64,000 bases of DNA, taken from positions 11,971-75,970 of the forward strand of contig DATHKX010000117.1 in the NCBI GenBank assembly GCA_035488835.1, written 5' to 3'. Of the stretch, positions 8,483 to 20,516 are shown one piece after another. The notes beneath the pieces were generated by a model, which saw only the letters and a program-made list of their open reading frames with translations, was not told the origin of the DNA and did no database searches. The translations under genes were made by a program, and so were the position numbers. Every line of letters starts with the position of its first letter. Within the stretch, counting starts at the first letter, position 1. This stretch comes from Gemmatimonadales bacterium. GTDB lineage: Bacteria > Gemmatimonadota > Gemmatimonadetes > Gemmatimonadales > GWC2-71-9.

Positions 8483-9834
8483 GTTCTCCTCAGCGAATCG
8501 GGGTAGAGGATCCGTCCCCGGAGCATGACCCAGGCGATGCGGCGCGTGGCCGCGATGTTCGCCGCGGGGTTCGCGTCGAGCACGACCAGGTCCGCCACCT
8601 TGCCCGCAGCGAGGCGGCCCAGCGAGTCGGCGCGCAGCAGCTCCGCACCTTTCCGTGTTGCAGCGGTGAGCGCTTCGACCGGCGTCAAGCCGGCGGCGAC
8701 GAGCAAGCTCAGCTCTTCGTGCAGCGAGAGGCCCGGCACCAGCAGCTGGTTCGCAGCGTCGGAGCCGGCCGCGATGAGCCCGCCCGCGCGCTTGAACTCG
8801 CGCACGAACTGGTTTTGGCGGGCGCGCGATCGCCGGAACGCCTGGAGGTCGGCGGGGCGCCACCCCGTGCGGCGCAGCAGCCCTGCGACATCGCGCACGC
8901 TCGCGGCGCCGGCCGGGACGTCCTCCATGCCCGGGCGCGACATCAGCGTCGGGTTGTCGAGTCGTGACAGCATCTCGTGCACCACGAGGGTGGGCACAAT
9001 GGCGACGCGGGTGGCCGCGAGCGCGCGCGCCGTGCGTGCGACCGACCCGGAATCGAGGGCGGCCCAGCCCATCTCCTCGGTCGTCCAGCCGCGCAGGAAC
9101 TGGTCGTGCGCCCTGAAGTACGGGGTCGGATCGCGACTCGCCGCGGCGACGACGCCGGACATGTGCTCGAGTGACGCCACGCCCGCCCTGGCGGCGGTGA
9201 GGGCGTCGATCTTGCCGAGGTGCGCGGCCACGGGGAGGCGAAGCGTGGTTGCCTCGTCCAGCAGCGGCCGCAGCAGGTCGGCCGTGAACTTGGTGTAGAT
9301 CTTGACGTGGTCCGCCCCCGCCACCGCGCGCAGATCCACGGCTCGGCGCGCCTCGGCGGCTGTTCTCACGGCGGTCGCCGCCGCGTAGGTCGGAGAGGCG
9401 CCGTCGATCATGGCCCCCGAGGTGAGCATCCGGGGGCCCAACACCGAACCCAGGTCGAAGTCGTTTTTGATCGCGATGGCGGAGTCCGTGCTCGACGCGC
9501 CGAGATCCCGCACCGTGGTGACGCCCCATGCGAGGTAACGCTCCGCCGCCCAGCGCTCCACGTGCGCGTGAGCATCGATCAGCCCTGGGATGATCGTCTT
9601 GCCGATGAGGTTCACGACCTGCGCCCCCCGCGGCACCGGGATCTCGTTCACCCGGGCCACGGCCTGAATGTGCCCGTGCTGAACGAGCACCAGTGCGTCC
9701 TTGATCGGATCCCCACCGGATCCGTCGATGAGGGTCGCACCCTCGAGAGCGATCATCCCGTCGCCCGAGGATGAGCACGAGACGAGGAGCAGCGCGCAGG
9801 CGAGCAGCGAGCCGCTGGCGTGACGTCGCATCAC
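8470..9834 (-). CDS. amidohydrolase family protein (metal-dependent hydrolase, lipoprotein)
   Basis: Track ORF 454 aa with lipobox LLVSC and PGLIDAHAHV metal-binding motif. The start could be GTG 9834 or ATG 9831. Confidence 0.8.
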   Translation of the reverse strand: MMRRHASGSLLACALLLVSCSSSGDGMIALEGATLIDGSGGDPIKDALVLVQHGHIQAVARVNEIPVPRGAQVVNLIGKTIIPGLIDAHAHVERWAAERYLAWGVTTVRDLGASSTDSAIAIKNDFDLGSVLGPRMLTSGAMIDGASPTYAAATAVRTAAEARRAVDLRAVAGADHVKIYTKFTADLLRPLLDEATTLRLPVAAHLGKIDALTAARAGVASLEHMSGVVAAASRDPTPYFRAHDQFLRGWTTEEMGWAALDSGSVARTARALAATRVAIVPTLVVHEMLSRLDNPTLMSRPGMEDVPAGAASVRDVAGLLRRTGWRPADLQAFRRSRARQNQFVREFKRAGGLIAAGSDAANQLLVPGLSLHEELSLLVAAGLTPVEALTAATRKGAELLRADSLGRLAAGKVADLVVLDANPAANIAATRRIAWVMLRGRILYPDSLRRTWTK

Positions 9835-10298
9835 GGCTTGGGATCGCTCGACGTGTGGTCGTGCAGGATCTGCCAGCGGTCTCCCCGCTTCTGCAGGAGC
9901 AGCGTGAACGGTCCACTCGCCGTCACCGTGTGGCCCCGCCGCAGCTCGAACCGCGCGGTACAGAGCGCGAGATCGAGCGTGAGGGGGCGCACGCGCACCT
10001 CGCCGAACGTGAGCGAGTCGCGGAACTTGCCGGGCGCGAAATAGGTGGTCTGGTACCGGTCGTACAGCGCCTGCCAGCCGTACTGTACGTGGCCGCTTGA
10101 GATGTAGCTCGTCAACGAGTCCTTGGCATAGTCATTCATGAAGCCCGCCAGGTCGCCGCGGTTCCAATCCGCGGCGCTCCGCTGGAGCATCGCCACGATC
10201 TCGGCCTGTGGATCTCCCGGGACGACTTTCGGGGCGGAGCAGGCGAGCAACAGCGCCGCGCCCAGGCCAGCGGTCCAGCACGCCACCCGCATTTTCAT
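9831..10298 (-). CDS. SnoaL-like / DUF4440-like (NTF2 fold) lipoprotein
   Basis: Start trimmed to ATG 10298 (MKMRVACWTAGLGAALLLAC lipobox). AADWNRGDLAGFMNDY is typical of NTF2-like proteins. Confidence 0.65.
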   Translation of the reverse strand: MKMRVACWTAGLGAALLLACSAPKVVPGDPQAEIVAMLQRSAADWNRGDLAGFMNDYAKDSLTSYISSGHVQYGWQALYDRYQTTYFAPGKFRDSLTFGEVRVRPLTLDLALCTARFELRRGHTVTASGPFTLLLQKRGDRWQILHDHTSSDPKP

Positions 10299-10334
10299 GG
10301 CTTCACCGGTTCGCTCGAGGGATGCCAAACGTGC

Positions 10335-10385
10335 CGCGGGAGCGCCTCGAGGAGATGGTCGAGCCATCCAAGAGGCGCTCCCGCG
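10335..10385 (-). terminator. 14-bp perfect inverted repeat with nested 5-bp hairpin in the loop (possible terminator of the small basic gene)
   Basis: CGCGGGAGCGCCTC...23 nt...GAGGCGCTCCCGCG. The loop contains GATGG-TCGAG-CCATC. Only a weak T tract follows on the minus strand. Confidence 0.4.
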
Positions 10386-10405
10386 CACTGACGCTGCAAA
10401 AATCT

Positions 10406-10675
10406 CTAGCGGCGACGCTTCTTTGCCGCCTTCTTCCGCTTTGCCTTGCCGCCCCGCTTCGCCCGGGCCTTGGGCCGCTTCTTGCCCGCTTTCTTCTTGG
10501 CCTTGGGTCTCGACGGCTTCTTCCGTTTCTTCGCCGGCTTGGGCCGGGGCGCCGACATCGGCTCATCCCGCATCGGTGCGGGCGCCGGCGGCATTGAGGG
10601 TGCCGGCGGGTACATCGGCTCCATCATCCCCGAGCCGGTCCAGCTGCTCTCCGAAAAATCCGTTGACGCGAGCAT
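10406..10675 (-). CDS. small, extremely basic Lys/Arg/Ala/Pro-rich protein (89 aa; histone-H1-tail-like C-terminal half)
   Basis: Track ORF. AGGAGA RBS 8 nt upstream of ATG 10675. The C-terminal 50 aa are almost only K/R/A/P/G. Confidence 0.5.
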   Translation of the reverse strand: MLASTDFSESSWTGSGMMEPMYPPAPSMPPAPAPMRDEPMSAPRPKPAKKRKKPSRPKAKKKAGKKRPKARAKRGGKAKRKKAAKKRRR

Positions 10676-10844
10676 CGGATGATCTCTCCTCGCTGGGTGT
10701 CGGTGGGCGTGGCCTATAGCTTACCCCGGGAATGCTGCCACGCAAGTGGATGCGGGTGAGATCACCACGGCTGGGACGGTGTCGCGTGTTTCGTGACAAG
10801 TTAGCTTGACAACGGCACTTACGCGCGCTTACCTTCGCGCCGCT

Positions 10845-13094
10845 ATGACGGCACGGCGCAGCTTCCTCTTCACCGTCCTCCTCTATCCCGGGGCGGTGGC
10901 CGCACAGAACATCGCTGAAGTCCAGGTAGCCCCCCCCTCGGTCACAATCAAAATCGGGGAGCGGAGCGGGCTGCTCGCCACCGCGTTCGACCGCGTCGGA
11001 AATGTGATCCCCACCGTGCGCATCATCTGGTCGTCGAACAACGTGGCGGTAGCGCGGGTGGACAACAATGGGACAGTGACCGGCGTGGGCGGAGGCGTGG
11101 CAATCGTCGAGGCCCGGGCGGGCACGCGGAAAGGCCAGGCCGCCGTCCAGGTGGTGGGCGCTGCCCCCGCACCTCCACCGACGCCTCCCGTTGTCGGAGC
11201 CAGCCCGCCACCCGGCCCGGACGCCTTCGCCGGTCAGGTCGTAGGCTCCGGACCGGCCGCTGTGCTCCGGATCGAGCCGCCCACCGTGTATCTGCTGCCG
11301 TCCGAGAATACGCGCGTGTCGCCGCGGGCACTCAGGGAAGACGGCTCTCCTGCGGCCCCGGTGACTGTGACCTGGAAGTCGCTGCGTCCCGACATTGCGA
11401 GCGTCGACCAGAACGGTGTGGTCGTCGCGCTCGCCCCCGGTCAGGGGACGGTGCAGGTCACGAGCTCGGGTGGCCTCACCGCGACGGCCCCGGTCGTCGT
11501 GCAGCCGAGTGACATCGCGATTCAGGAACCGGTTCCTCTTATCATGTCACCGGGGGACGTCGACACGCTCCACGTGGTGGTACCGGCGCAGGGCGGCCGG
11601 TTGGTGAGCCCGCTCGCCCTGCAATGGTCCGCCGCGGATCCCGCCGTTGCGCGGGTGAGCCTCACCGGGGTCGTGACCGCGGTGGCTCCGGGCCGAACGA
11701 CGCTCAGCGTCGTCGGGCTGCTGCAGACGAAGACGGCCGACATCCTGGTGCACAGGACGGTTGAGGCACTCACCGTTTTCCCGACCTCGAAGACCGAGCT
11801 CCCGCTTCCCATCCAGGGCACCGCAAAGTTCCAGGTGCAGGCGCTCACGGCCGACAAGAGCCCAGTGCCCGAAGCGCCGTTCCGCTGGACGGTCGGGGAC
11901 ACGTCGCTGGCGAGCTTTGATCCGGTGTCGGGGACCCTGACGGGGAAGCGCGCCGGAAAAACGACGCTCGTGGTCAAGGGCCCGGGTCCGGGACTGATGG
12001 TCACGTGGCAGATCCGCGTGATCGCGGCGGGCTTGAAGCTCTCCGCTGCGCGGCTCGGCCTGCCGCTCAACCGGCGGTACCCGCTGAAGGCGAGCTTCGC
12101 CGACGAGGCGGGCGTCGTGATCGGCCCCGCCACCGGGGTCACCTGGACTGCCGACAACCCCCAGGTGGTGAGCGTCGCTGAGGACGGCACCGTGTCGACG
12201 GCGTCGTACGGCCACGCGCGCGTCACGGCGACGGCGCCGGGTGGGAGGCGCGCCGTGGCCGAAGTATTCGTCCAGGGTGAGATCGTGGTGGCGAGCTCGC
12301 GCACCGGCCGCTTCCAGCTGTATGCGGCGGAGCGCGCCAACCTGGCGCAGCTCCGCAAGATCATGGACGACACGGCGGTCGCGACCGAGCCCGCGTTCTC
12401 CCCCGACGGATCCCGGATCGCGTTCACGTCCACGCGCGATGGGAACCCCGAGATTTATGTCATGGATGCGGACGGCACGGGCGCCGGGCGGCTCACCAAC
12501 TCACCGGGCGCGGATGGCGATGCGTCGTTCACGGCCGACGGTCAGGCGGTGGTATTCCACTCGCAGCGCACCGGGCACCGCCAGATCTTCCTGCAGCCGA
12601 TCACCAGCTCGGATGCGGTGCAGCTCACCCAGGAGCCCGCCGACAACTCACAGCCGACCGTGTCGCCGGACGGGGAGACCATCGCCTTCGTCTCGAACCG
12701 CGAAGGAAACAACCATATCTGGTTGATGTCGAAAGACGGCTCGAGCCAGCGTCCCGTCACCCGGGGCCCGCAGAGCAAGGAGACGGCACCCCGCTTCCTG
12801 CGTGACGGCTCGCTCGCCTATCTGGTGGAGCAGAAGGAGAGCGGCCGCACCGTCACGCAAGTCGTGAAGGTCGACCTCGCGACCGGGAAGGCGACCCCGC
12901 TTTCAGGCGTGGACCTCGTAGTCGCGGACTTTACGGTCTCGCCCGCCGGCGATCTCCTCGGGCTCGTCGTCGCGGTGCAGAAGAACGTATTCAGGGTGTA
13001 CGTCCAGCCGGTCGGTGCGGCCGGGAGCGGCGCGCCCGTGCCGATCCCGACCACCGGCGCCGAGCAGATGGTGTCTCCCGCCTTCATGCCGTAG
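10845..13094 (+). CDS. secreted protein with several bacterial Ig-like (Big_2) domains and a C-terminal TolB-like beta-propeller
   Basis: Track ORF 10806..13094, start moved to ATG 10845 (signal peptide MTARRSFLFTVLLYPGAVAAQ). Repeated Big_2-like modules (e.g. WSSNNVAVARVDNNGTVTGVGGGVAIV). PD40-type repeats (PAFSPDGSRIAFTSTRDGNPEIYVMDADG). Confidence 0.8.
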   Translation: MTARRSFLFTVLLYPGAVAAQNIAEVQVAPPSVTIKIGERSGLLATAFDRVGNVIPTVRIIWSSNNVAVARVDNNGTVTGVGGGVAIVEARAGTRKGQAAVQVVGAAPAPPPTPPVVGASPPPGPDAFAGQVVGSGPAAVLRIEPPTVYLLPSENTRVSPRALREDGSPAAPVTVTWKSLRPDIASVDQNGVVVALAPGQGTVQVTSSGGLTATAPVVVQPSDIAIQEPVPLIMSPGDVDTLHVVVPAQGGRLVSPLALQWSAADPAVARVSLTGVVTAVAPGRTTLSVVGLLQTKTADILVHRTVEALTVFPTSKTELPLPIQGTAKFQVQALTADKSPVPEAPFRWTVGDTSLASFDPVSGTLTGKRAGKTTLVVKGPGPGLMVTWQIRVIAAGLKLSAARLGLPLNRRYPLKASFADEAGVVIGPATGVTWTADNPQVVSVAEDGTVSTASYGHARVTATAPGGRRAVAEVFVQGEIVVASSRTGRFQLYAAERANLAQLRKIMDDTAVATEPAFSPDGSRIAFTSTRDGNPEIYVMDADGTGAGRLTNSPGADGDASFTADGQAVVFHSQRTGHRQIFLQPITSSDAVQLTQEPADNSQPTVSPDGETIAFVSNREGNNHIWLMSKDGSSQRPVTRGPQSKETAPRFLRDGSLAYLVEQKESGRTVTQVVKVDLATGKATPLSGVDLVVADFTVSPAGDLLGLVVAVQKNVFRVYVQPVGAAGSGAPVPIPTTGAEQMVSPAFMP

Positions 13095-13112
13095 GCGACG
13101 GGCGCCCACGCC

Positions 13113-14159
13113 ATGCGTGCCTGGGTGATCCGCTCTACCGGCGGCCTCGACCAACTCGAAATCGCCGACGTCCCCGATCCCGCAGGCCCGCTGGAGGCCC
13201 GGCAGGTTCGGATCGCGCTGCGTGCGGCGGCGCTGAACCGTCTCGATCTCTTCGTCGTGCGGGGGTTGCCCCACGAATACCGCTACCCCCAGATCCTCGG
13301 CGCCGATGGAGCGGGCGTCGTGCAGGCTGTGGGAGCTGAGGTACGCTCGGTCCGGCCCGGCGACCGGGTGATGATCAACCCGGGGATTCCCGACTACAGC
13401 TGCGACTACTGCCGCGCCGGCGAGCACTCGCTGTGCGTCAACTACGGCATTCTGGGCGAGCACCGGCCCGGGACTCTCACCCAGGCGCTCGTCGTGCCGG
13501 AGCAGAATGTCTCAGTCATCCCGACGTTGCCGACACCACTCACGTGGGCCGAGGCGGCGGCCTTCTCGCTCGTGACCCTCACCGCCTGGCGGATGGTCGT
13601 CACGCGGGCACAGGTGCGCCCGGGGGAAACCGTGCTCGTCTGGGGTGTCGGCGGCGGTGTATCCCTCGCTGCGCTGCGAATCGCGAAGCTCAAGGGCGCG
13701 AGAGTGATCGTTACCAGCTCCAGCGACGCCAAGTTGCATGAGGCACAGAAACTCGGTGCGGACGTGACGCTCAATCACACGACCCAAAAGATTTCCCAGG
13801 AGGTGCGCGCCCTCACGAACAAGCGCGGCGCCGACGTTGTAATCGAGAACGTGGGCGAGGCGACATGGGATGAATCGCTGCGCTCACTCGGGCGCGGCGG
13901 GCGGCTCGTGAGCTGCGGCGCGACGACGGGGCCGAAGGTCGGATTCGACATGCGCCGGCTGTTCTGGTATCAGTGGAGCATCATGGGCTCGACCATGGGA
14001 AACGACGCCGAATATCGCGAGATCGTGCGCCTGCTCGGGGCGGGCGAGCTGCGCCCGATTGTCGATCGGGTATTCCCGTTCGTCGAGGCACGGGCGGCGT
14101 TCGAGCGGTTGGAGCGGGGGGAGCAGTTGGGGAAGATCGCGATCGACATCGCGTCCTGA
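13113..14159 (+). CDS. zinc-type alcohol dehydrogenase / MDR-family oxidoreductase
   Basis: Track ORF 348 aa with a GADGAGVV, CDYCRAGEHSLC structural-zinc loop and a VWGVGGGV Rossmann motif. Confidence 0.85.
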   Translation: MRAWVIRSTGGLDQLEIADVPDPAGPLEARQVRIALRAAALNRLDLFVVRGLPHEYRYPQILGADGAGVVQAVGAEVRSVRPGDRVMINPGIPDYSCDYCRAGEHSLCVNYGILGEHRPGTLTQALVVPEQNVSVIPTLPTPLTWAEAAAFSLVTLTAWRMVVTRAQVRPGETVLVWGVGGGVSLAALRIAKLKGARVIVTSSSDAKLHEAQKLGADVTLNHTTQKISQEVRALTNKRGADVVIENVGEATWDESLRSLGRGGRLVSCGATTGPKVGFDMRRLFWYQWSIMGSTMGNDAEYREIVRLLGAGELRPIVDRVFPFVEARAAFERLERGEQLGKIAIDIAS

Positions 14160-14161
14160 TA

Positions 14162-14294
14162 CCTCGCCGCGTCTCTTCCCACGCTGAAGCGTGGGCCCGA
14201 CGAGGCATTGTCCTGAAGGACATCCGCTCGCCGCCGCCCGCTTCGCTCATTGTGCCTCAGCACAGCGTCTGCCGGGCCCAGGCTTCAGCCTGGG
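14162..14294. repeat. cluster of four short hairpins with 4-nt loops in the 315-nt spacer upstream of gyrA
   Basis: CCCACGC-TGAA-GCGTGGG (14178-14195), TGTCC-TGAA-GGACA (14209-14222), TGTGC-CTCA-GCACA (14251-14264) and CCCAGGC-TTCA-GCCTGGG (14277-14294). Confidence 0.55.
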
Positions 14295-14474
14295 AACAAC
14301 CTGTGGCGGCCCGATCAACCCACCGTCAACCCGTCCCGTAAGTGCCTCCCCCACCCCCAGTTAGCGGCGGTTATCGCGTTGCCTTTCACGACCTAAGTGA
14401 TTATTTTTTAGCAACTTAGGCAGTCTCGCCGAGCCGTGCTGACACCCGACATCTAACACCTGACACCTGGTTTC

Positions 14475-17009
<2,535 letters not shown>

Positions 17010-17010
17010 C

Positions 17011-17940
17011 GTGGTCAGCGCTCAGGACGTTCGGGACGCGGCCGCGGGGCTCGCCGGGGTGGCGGTTCGCACGCCACTGCGCTTCGTCGAGCCGCTCAAC
17101 GCCTACCTGAAGCTCGAGAGCCTGCAGCCCATCGGCGCGTTCAAGCTGCGGGGCGCCTACAACGCCGTCCGACGCCTACCCGACCCCGCGCGTAACCGCG
17201 GGGTGATCACCTACTCGAGCGGTAACCACGGCCAGGCGCTGGCGTACGCCGCGCAGCTCGTGGGCGTCCGCGCGGTGGTCGTCATGCCCGAGACGGCGCC
17301 GGCGGTGAAAGTAGCGGGCGTGCAGAAGTGGGGTGGGGAAGTGGTGCTCGCGGGTCGCACCTCGGACGACCGGCAGCGCGCGGCCGAGGACATCGCCGCG
17401 CGGGACGGGCTTGCCATCGTGCCCCCATTCGACCATCCGGACATCGTGGCCGGGCAAGCGACTGTCGGGCTCGAGATCGCAGAGCAGCTTCCCGACGTCC
17501 GGACGGTGGTGGTGCCCGTGGGCGGGGGCGGGCTCATCGCGGGCGTGGTGACTGGGCTGGTGGCGGCGGGCAGTCGCGCCACGGTGTGGGGGGTCGAGCC
17601 CGTCGACGCCCCGAAGCTCAAGCGCTCGCTCGAGGCCGGCCGCCCGGTGCGGCTGGAGCGTACCGCCAGCATCGCGGACGGCCTGATCACGCTCGGCGTC
17701 GGTGAGGTCCCGTTCGCGCAGCTCGCGGCGCACCGCGACCGGCTGGCGGGTGTGGCGCTCGTGGACGACGGCGCGCTGCGTGAGGCGGTACATTTTCTCT
17801 GGCAGCATTGCCATCTGGCGGTGGAACCGTCGGGCGCCGCGACCACGGCCGCGGTGCGCTCCGGCGCCGTCGATCCCGTCTCCCCCACGGTGCTCGTGGT
17901 GAGCGGCGGCAACGTCGATCCCTCGCTGCTCGAGGACTGA
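17011..17940 (+). CDS. PLP-dependent threonine/serine ammonia-lyase (threonine dehydratase / serine racemase-like)
   Basis: GTG 17011 lies 1 nt after the gyrA stop. PLP-Lys motif GAFKLRGA and PVGGGGLIAG loop. The N-terminal 30 aa of track ORF 16921.. overlap gyrA and are rejected. Confidence 0.8.
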   Translation: MVSAQDVRDAAAGLAGVAVRTPLRFVEPLNAYLKLESLQPIGAFKLRGAYNAVRRLPDPARNRGVITYSSGNHGQALAYAAQLVGVRAVVVMPETAPAVKVAGVQKWGGEVVLAGRTSDDRQRAAEDIAARDGLAIVPPFDHPDIVAGQATVGLEIAEQLPDVRTVVVPVGGGGLIAGVVTGLVAAGSRATVWGVEPVDAPKLKRSLEAGRPVRLERTASIADGLITLGVGEVPFAQLAAHRDRLAGVALVDDGALREAVHFLWQHCHLAVEPSGAATTAAVRSGAVDPVSPTVLVVSGGNVDPSLLED

Positions 17941-17947
17941 AGATCCG

Positions 17948-19384
17948 ATGCCCGAGCCCGCCGCCAAGATCCTGGTCGCCGACGACGATCAGTCGCTGGT
18001 GCGGACGCTGACCTGGATCCTGAAGGAGAACGGGTACGACGTCGTCACCGCGCCCGGCGGCGAGGGGCTCATCGGCAAGCTCGAGGAGGAGCGCCCCAAC
18101 CTGCTGCTCCTCGACATCATGATGCCGAAGATGGACGGGCTCCAGCTGCTCGCGAGAATGAAGGCCGACGATCGCTTCCGGGACGTTCCCGTGCTGATGA
18201 TCTCGTCGATGCCTCCCGAGGAGGCGACCGTCAAGGCGCTGGGCCTGGGCGCGGCGGACTTCATCTCCAAGCCGTTCCGGGTACGGGAGCTCCTGGCGCG
18301 CGTGAAGGCCCACATCCGCTCGGCGCAGGAGCTGGCCCGGGCGCGCGACGAGGCACAGAGCCGCGCCGCGATCGTCGACATCCTGCACGAGGTCACGGAC
18401 TCCCTCAAACCCGACGAGATCTATCACATCCTGGTGCGGCGCGTCGCGCGCGTGCTGCAGATCTCGAAGTGCTCGATGGTGCTCGCCAAGCCCGGAGACC
18501 AGCTGGGCGTGGTCGTGGCGGCGTACGAAAACCCCATGCTCCGCAATCTCCAAATCGAGCTCGTCCGCTACCCTGAGATCCAACGGGCGCTGACCACCAG
18601 TCGCTCGGTGCTGGTCGAGGACGTGGCGGCGGATCCGCTGTACCAGGAAGAGCGCGTGCGGTGGCAGCGCGAGCAGATCACGGTGCCCACCCGCTCAGCG
18701 GTGGCGCTGCCGTTCTCCATGAAGGACCAGCAGCTCGGTGTGTTCTTCCTGAGGACCACAGGCGAGGACCCGCCGCTCACCCGCGCCGACGCCCAGTTCG
18801 CGGAGACGGTGATCCGCACGGCCGTCGCGGCGATCGAGAAGGCGTACGATTTCGAGACCGCGGTCTCGGACAAGAAACGGCTCGAGAAGCTCGCGGCGAC
18901 AGACGCGCTCACCGGCTGTTTGAACCGCCGCGCCCTGTCGGAGGAGCTCGAGGCGGAGCTCGACCGCGCGCGGCGGTACAATCTCGCGCTGACGATCCTG
19001 CTCGCGGACATCGACCGGTTCAAGCTGGTGAACGACACGCGCGGCCATATCGCCGGGGATTCCGTACTGCGCCAGGTCGGCGAGATCCTGCGGCGCGAGG
19101 CGCGATCGGTGGACCTGGTCGCCCGCTACGGAGGGGAAGAGTTCGTCGTCGTCATGCCCGAGACGGCGCTTCATGGCTCCGCCATCTTCGCCGAGCGCCT
19201 GCGGCGGCGGGTGATGCACCACGACTTCGCCGACCCGGGCGAAGACCCGCTCAACCTGACGATCTCGATCGGGTTAGCGTCGTTCCCCGACGACCGCGTC
19301 ACCAGCGCCGACAGCTTCGTGGCCCTCGCCGACCAAGCCCTCTATCGCGCGAAGAACGAAGGGCGCAACTTGGTGCGTCAATGA
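17948..19384 (+). CDS. response regulator receiver-GAF-GGDEF diguanylate cyclase
   Basis: KILVADDD...LLLLDIMMP receiver, central GAF-like region, I-site RSVD followed by GGEEF. Confidence 0.9.
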   Translation: MPEPAAKILVADDDQSLVRTLTWILKENGYDVVTAPGGEGLIGKLEEERPNLLLLDIMMPKMDGLQLLARMKADDRFRDVPVLMISSMPPEEATVKALGLGAADFISKPFRVRELLARVKAHIRSAQELARARDEAQSRAAIVDILHEVTDSLKPDEIYHILVRRVARVLQISKCSMVLAKPGDQLGVVVAAYENPMLRNLQIELVRYPEIQRALTTSRSVLVEDVAADPLYQEERVRWQREQITVPTRSAVALPFSMKDQQLGVFFLRTTGEDPPLTRADAQFAETVIRTAVAAIEKAYDFETAVSDKKRLEKLAATDALTGCLNRRALSEELEAELDRARRYNLALTILLADIDRFKLVNDTRGHIAGDSVLRQVGEILRREARSVDLVARYGGEEFVVVMPETALHGSAIFAERLRRRVMHHDFADPGEDPLNLTISIGLASFPDDRVTSADSFVALADQALYRAKNEGRNLVRQ

Positions 19385-20457
19385 GCGAACGCCGCTGTCC
19401 CAAGTGCGGGACCGTGTATGCCGACAGCGCCCGGTTCTGCCCCCGCGACGGCAACATGCTCGCGGAGGTGCAGGCGAAGTCCGCGACGCCCCGGCCCCTG
19501 CCCGACTCCCCCTCGACGGGCGGCACCGGCGTCCGCACGCCGCCGCAGGCGAAGCCGGGGCTCGATCGCGCCTCCTCCCTCCTGGGAGAGGTGCTCGACT
19601 CGCGCTACCAGGTCCAAAAGAAGCTGGGTGAAGGGGGCATGTCGTACGTCTACCTCGCCCGCGAGGTGGCGACGGGGTACGACGTCGCGATCAAGGTGCT
19701 CTCCCCCAAGCTCGCCACCGACCGGAGCTCGGTGGAGCGGTTGCGGCGCGAGGCCGGGCTCGCCATGCGACTGGACCATCCGAATGTCTGCCGCATCCTG
19801 CGCCTCGGCGAGTCCGAGGACGGGCTGATCTATCTGGTCATGCCGTTCCTGAAGGGCGAGCTGCTCTCGGACCGCGAGGTGAAGGGCGGGCCGATGAATC
19901 TCGCCGCCGGGATCAACGTGCTGCGGCAGGTGTGCGCCGGGCTGCACCACGCGCACGAGGTCCAGATCGTGCATCGCGATCTGAAGCCCGAGAACATCAT
20001 GCTCGTGGCCGAGGACAACGGCCGCGAACGGGCGGTGGTCATGGACTTCGGCCTCGCGAAGGAGCGCCGAGCCGACCCGGCCATTGCGAAGCTCACCGCG
20101 ACCGGCATCATCCTCGGGACGCCGGAGTTCATGAGCCCCGAGCAGATCCGGGGCAAGCCGCTCGACGCCCGCTCCGACATCTACGCCCTCGGCATCGTCG
20201 CCTTCGAGATGTTCACCGGCAAGTTGCCGTTCCAGGGGCGGAACGCCCAGGAGATGATGATCGCCCGGCTGCGCGGGCAGCCGCAGCGACTGCGCCAGCT
20301 CCGCGCCGATCTCTCCGAGGGCCTGGAGGCCGCGCTGGCCCGGGCGATGGAAGCGAACCCCGACGGGCGCTACAACACCGCGCTCGAGTTCGCCGACGCG
20401 CTCACCGCATCCCACGCCGGCGGTTTTCTGTCGAAGATCAAGGAGAAGCTGAAATAA
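19381..20457 (+). CDS. Ser/Thr protein kinase with N-terminal zinc ribbon
   Basis: ATG overlaps the GGDEF stop (ATGA). CPKCG...CPRDG, VAIKVL, HRDLKPENIML, DFGLAK and GTPEFMSPEQ. Confidence 0.9.
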   Translation: MSERRCPKCGTVYADSARFCPRDGNMLAEVQAKSATPRPLPDSPSTGGTGVRTPPQAKPGLDRASSLLGEVLDSRYQVQKKLGEGGMSYVYLAREVATGYDVAIKVLSPKLATDRSSVERLRREAGLAMRLDHPNVCRILRLGESEDGLIYLVMPFLKGELLSDREVKGGPMNLAAGINVLRQVCAGLHHAHEVQIVHRDLKPENIMLVAEDNGRERAVVMDFGLAKERRADPAIAKLTATGIILGTPEFMSPEQIRGKPLDARSDIYALGIVAFEMFTGKLPFQGRNAQEMMIARLRGQPQRLRQLRADLSEGLEAALARAMEANPDGRYNTALEFADALTASHAGGFLSKIKEKLK

Positions 20458-20516
20458 GGCGCTTTCCCGCCTTCGATCCGCCCGAGTACGTCGAGTGGAA
20501 GCCGGACCCCGCCCTC

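Noticed and set aside
8483-9916. N-terminal 480 aa of the 1049-aa track ORF 6767..9916
   Set aside because: This part is a low-complexity, Arg-rich shadow frame overlapping the well-supported amidohydrolase gene 8470..9834. The real D-aminoacylase starts at ATG 8482, which has an RBS and a lipoprotein signal.
20440-20460. Programmed -1 frameshift fusing the Ser/Thr kinase to the E1-alpha frame, which is open across the kinase stop
   Set aside because: No X_XXY_YYZ slippery heptamer is present (the sequence is GCT GAA ATA AGG), and I could not find a convincing downstream structure. A downstream GTG start (20517) is the simpler explanation, although it is unproven.
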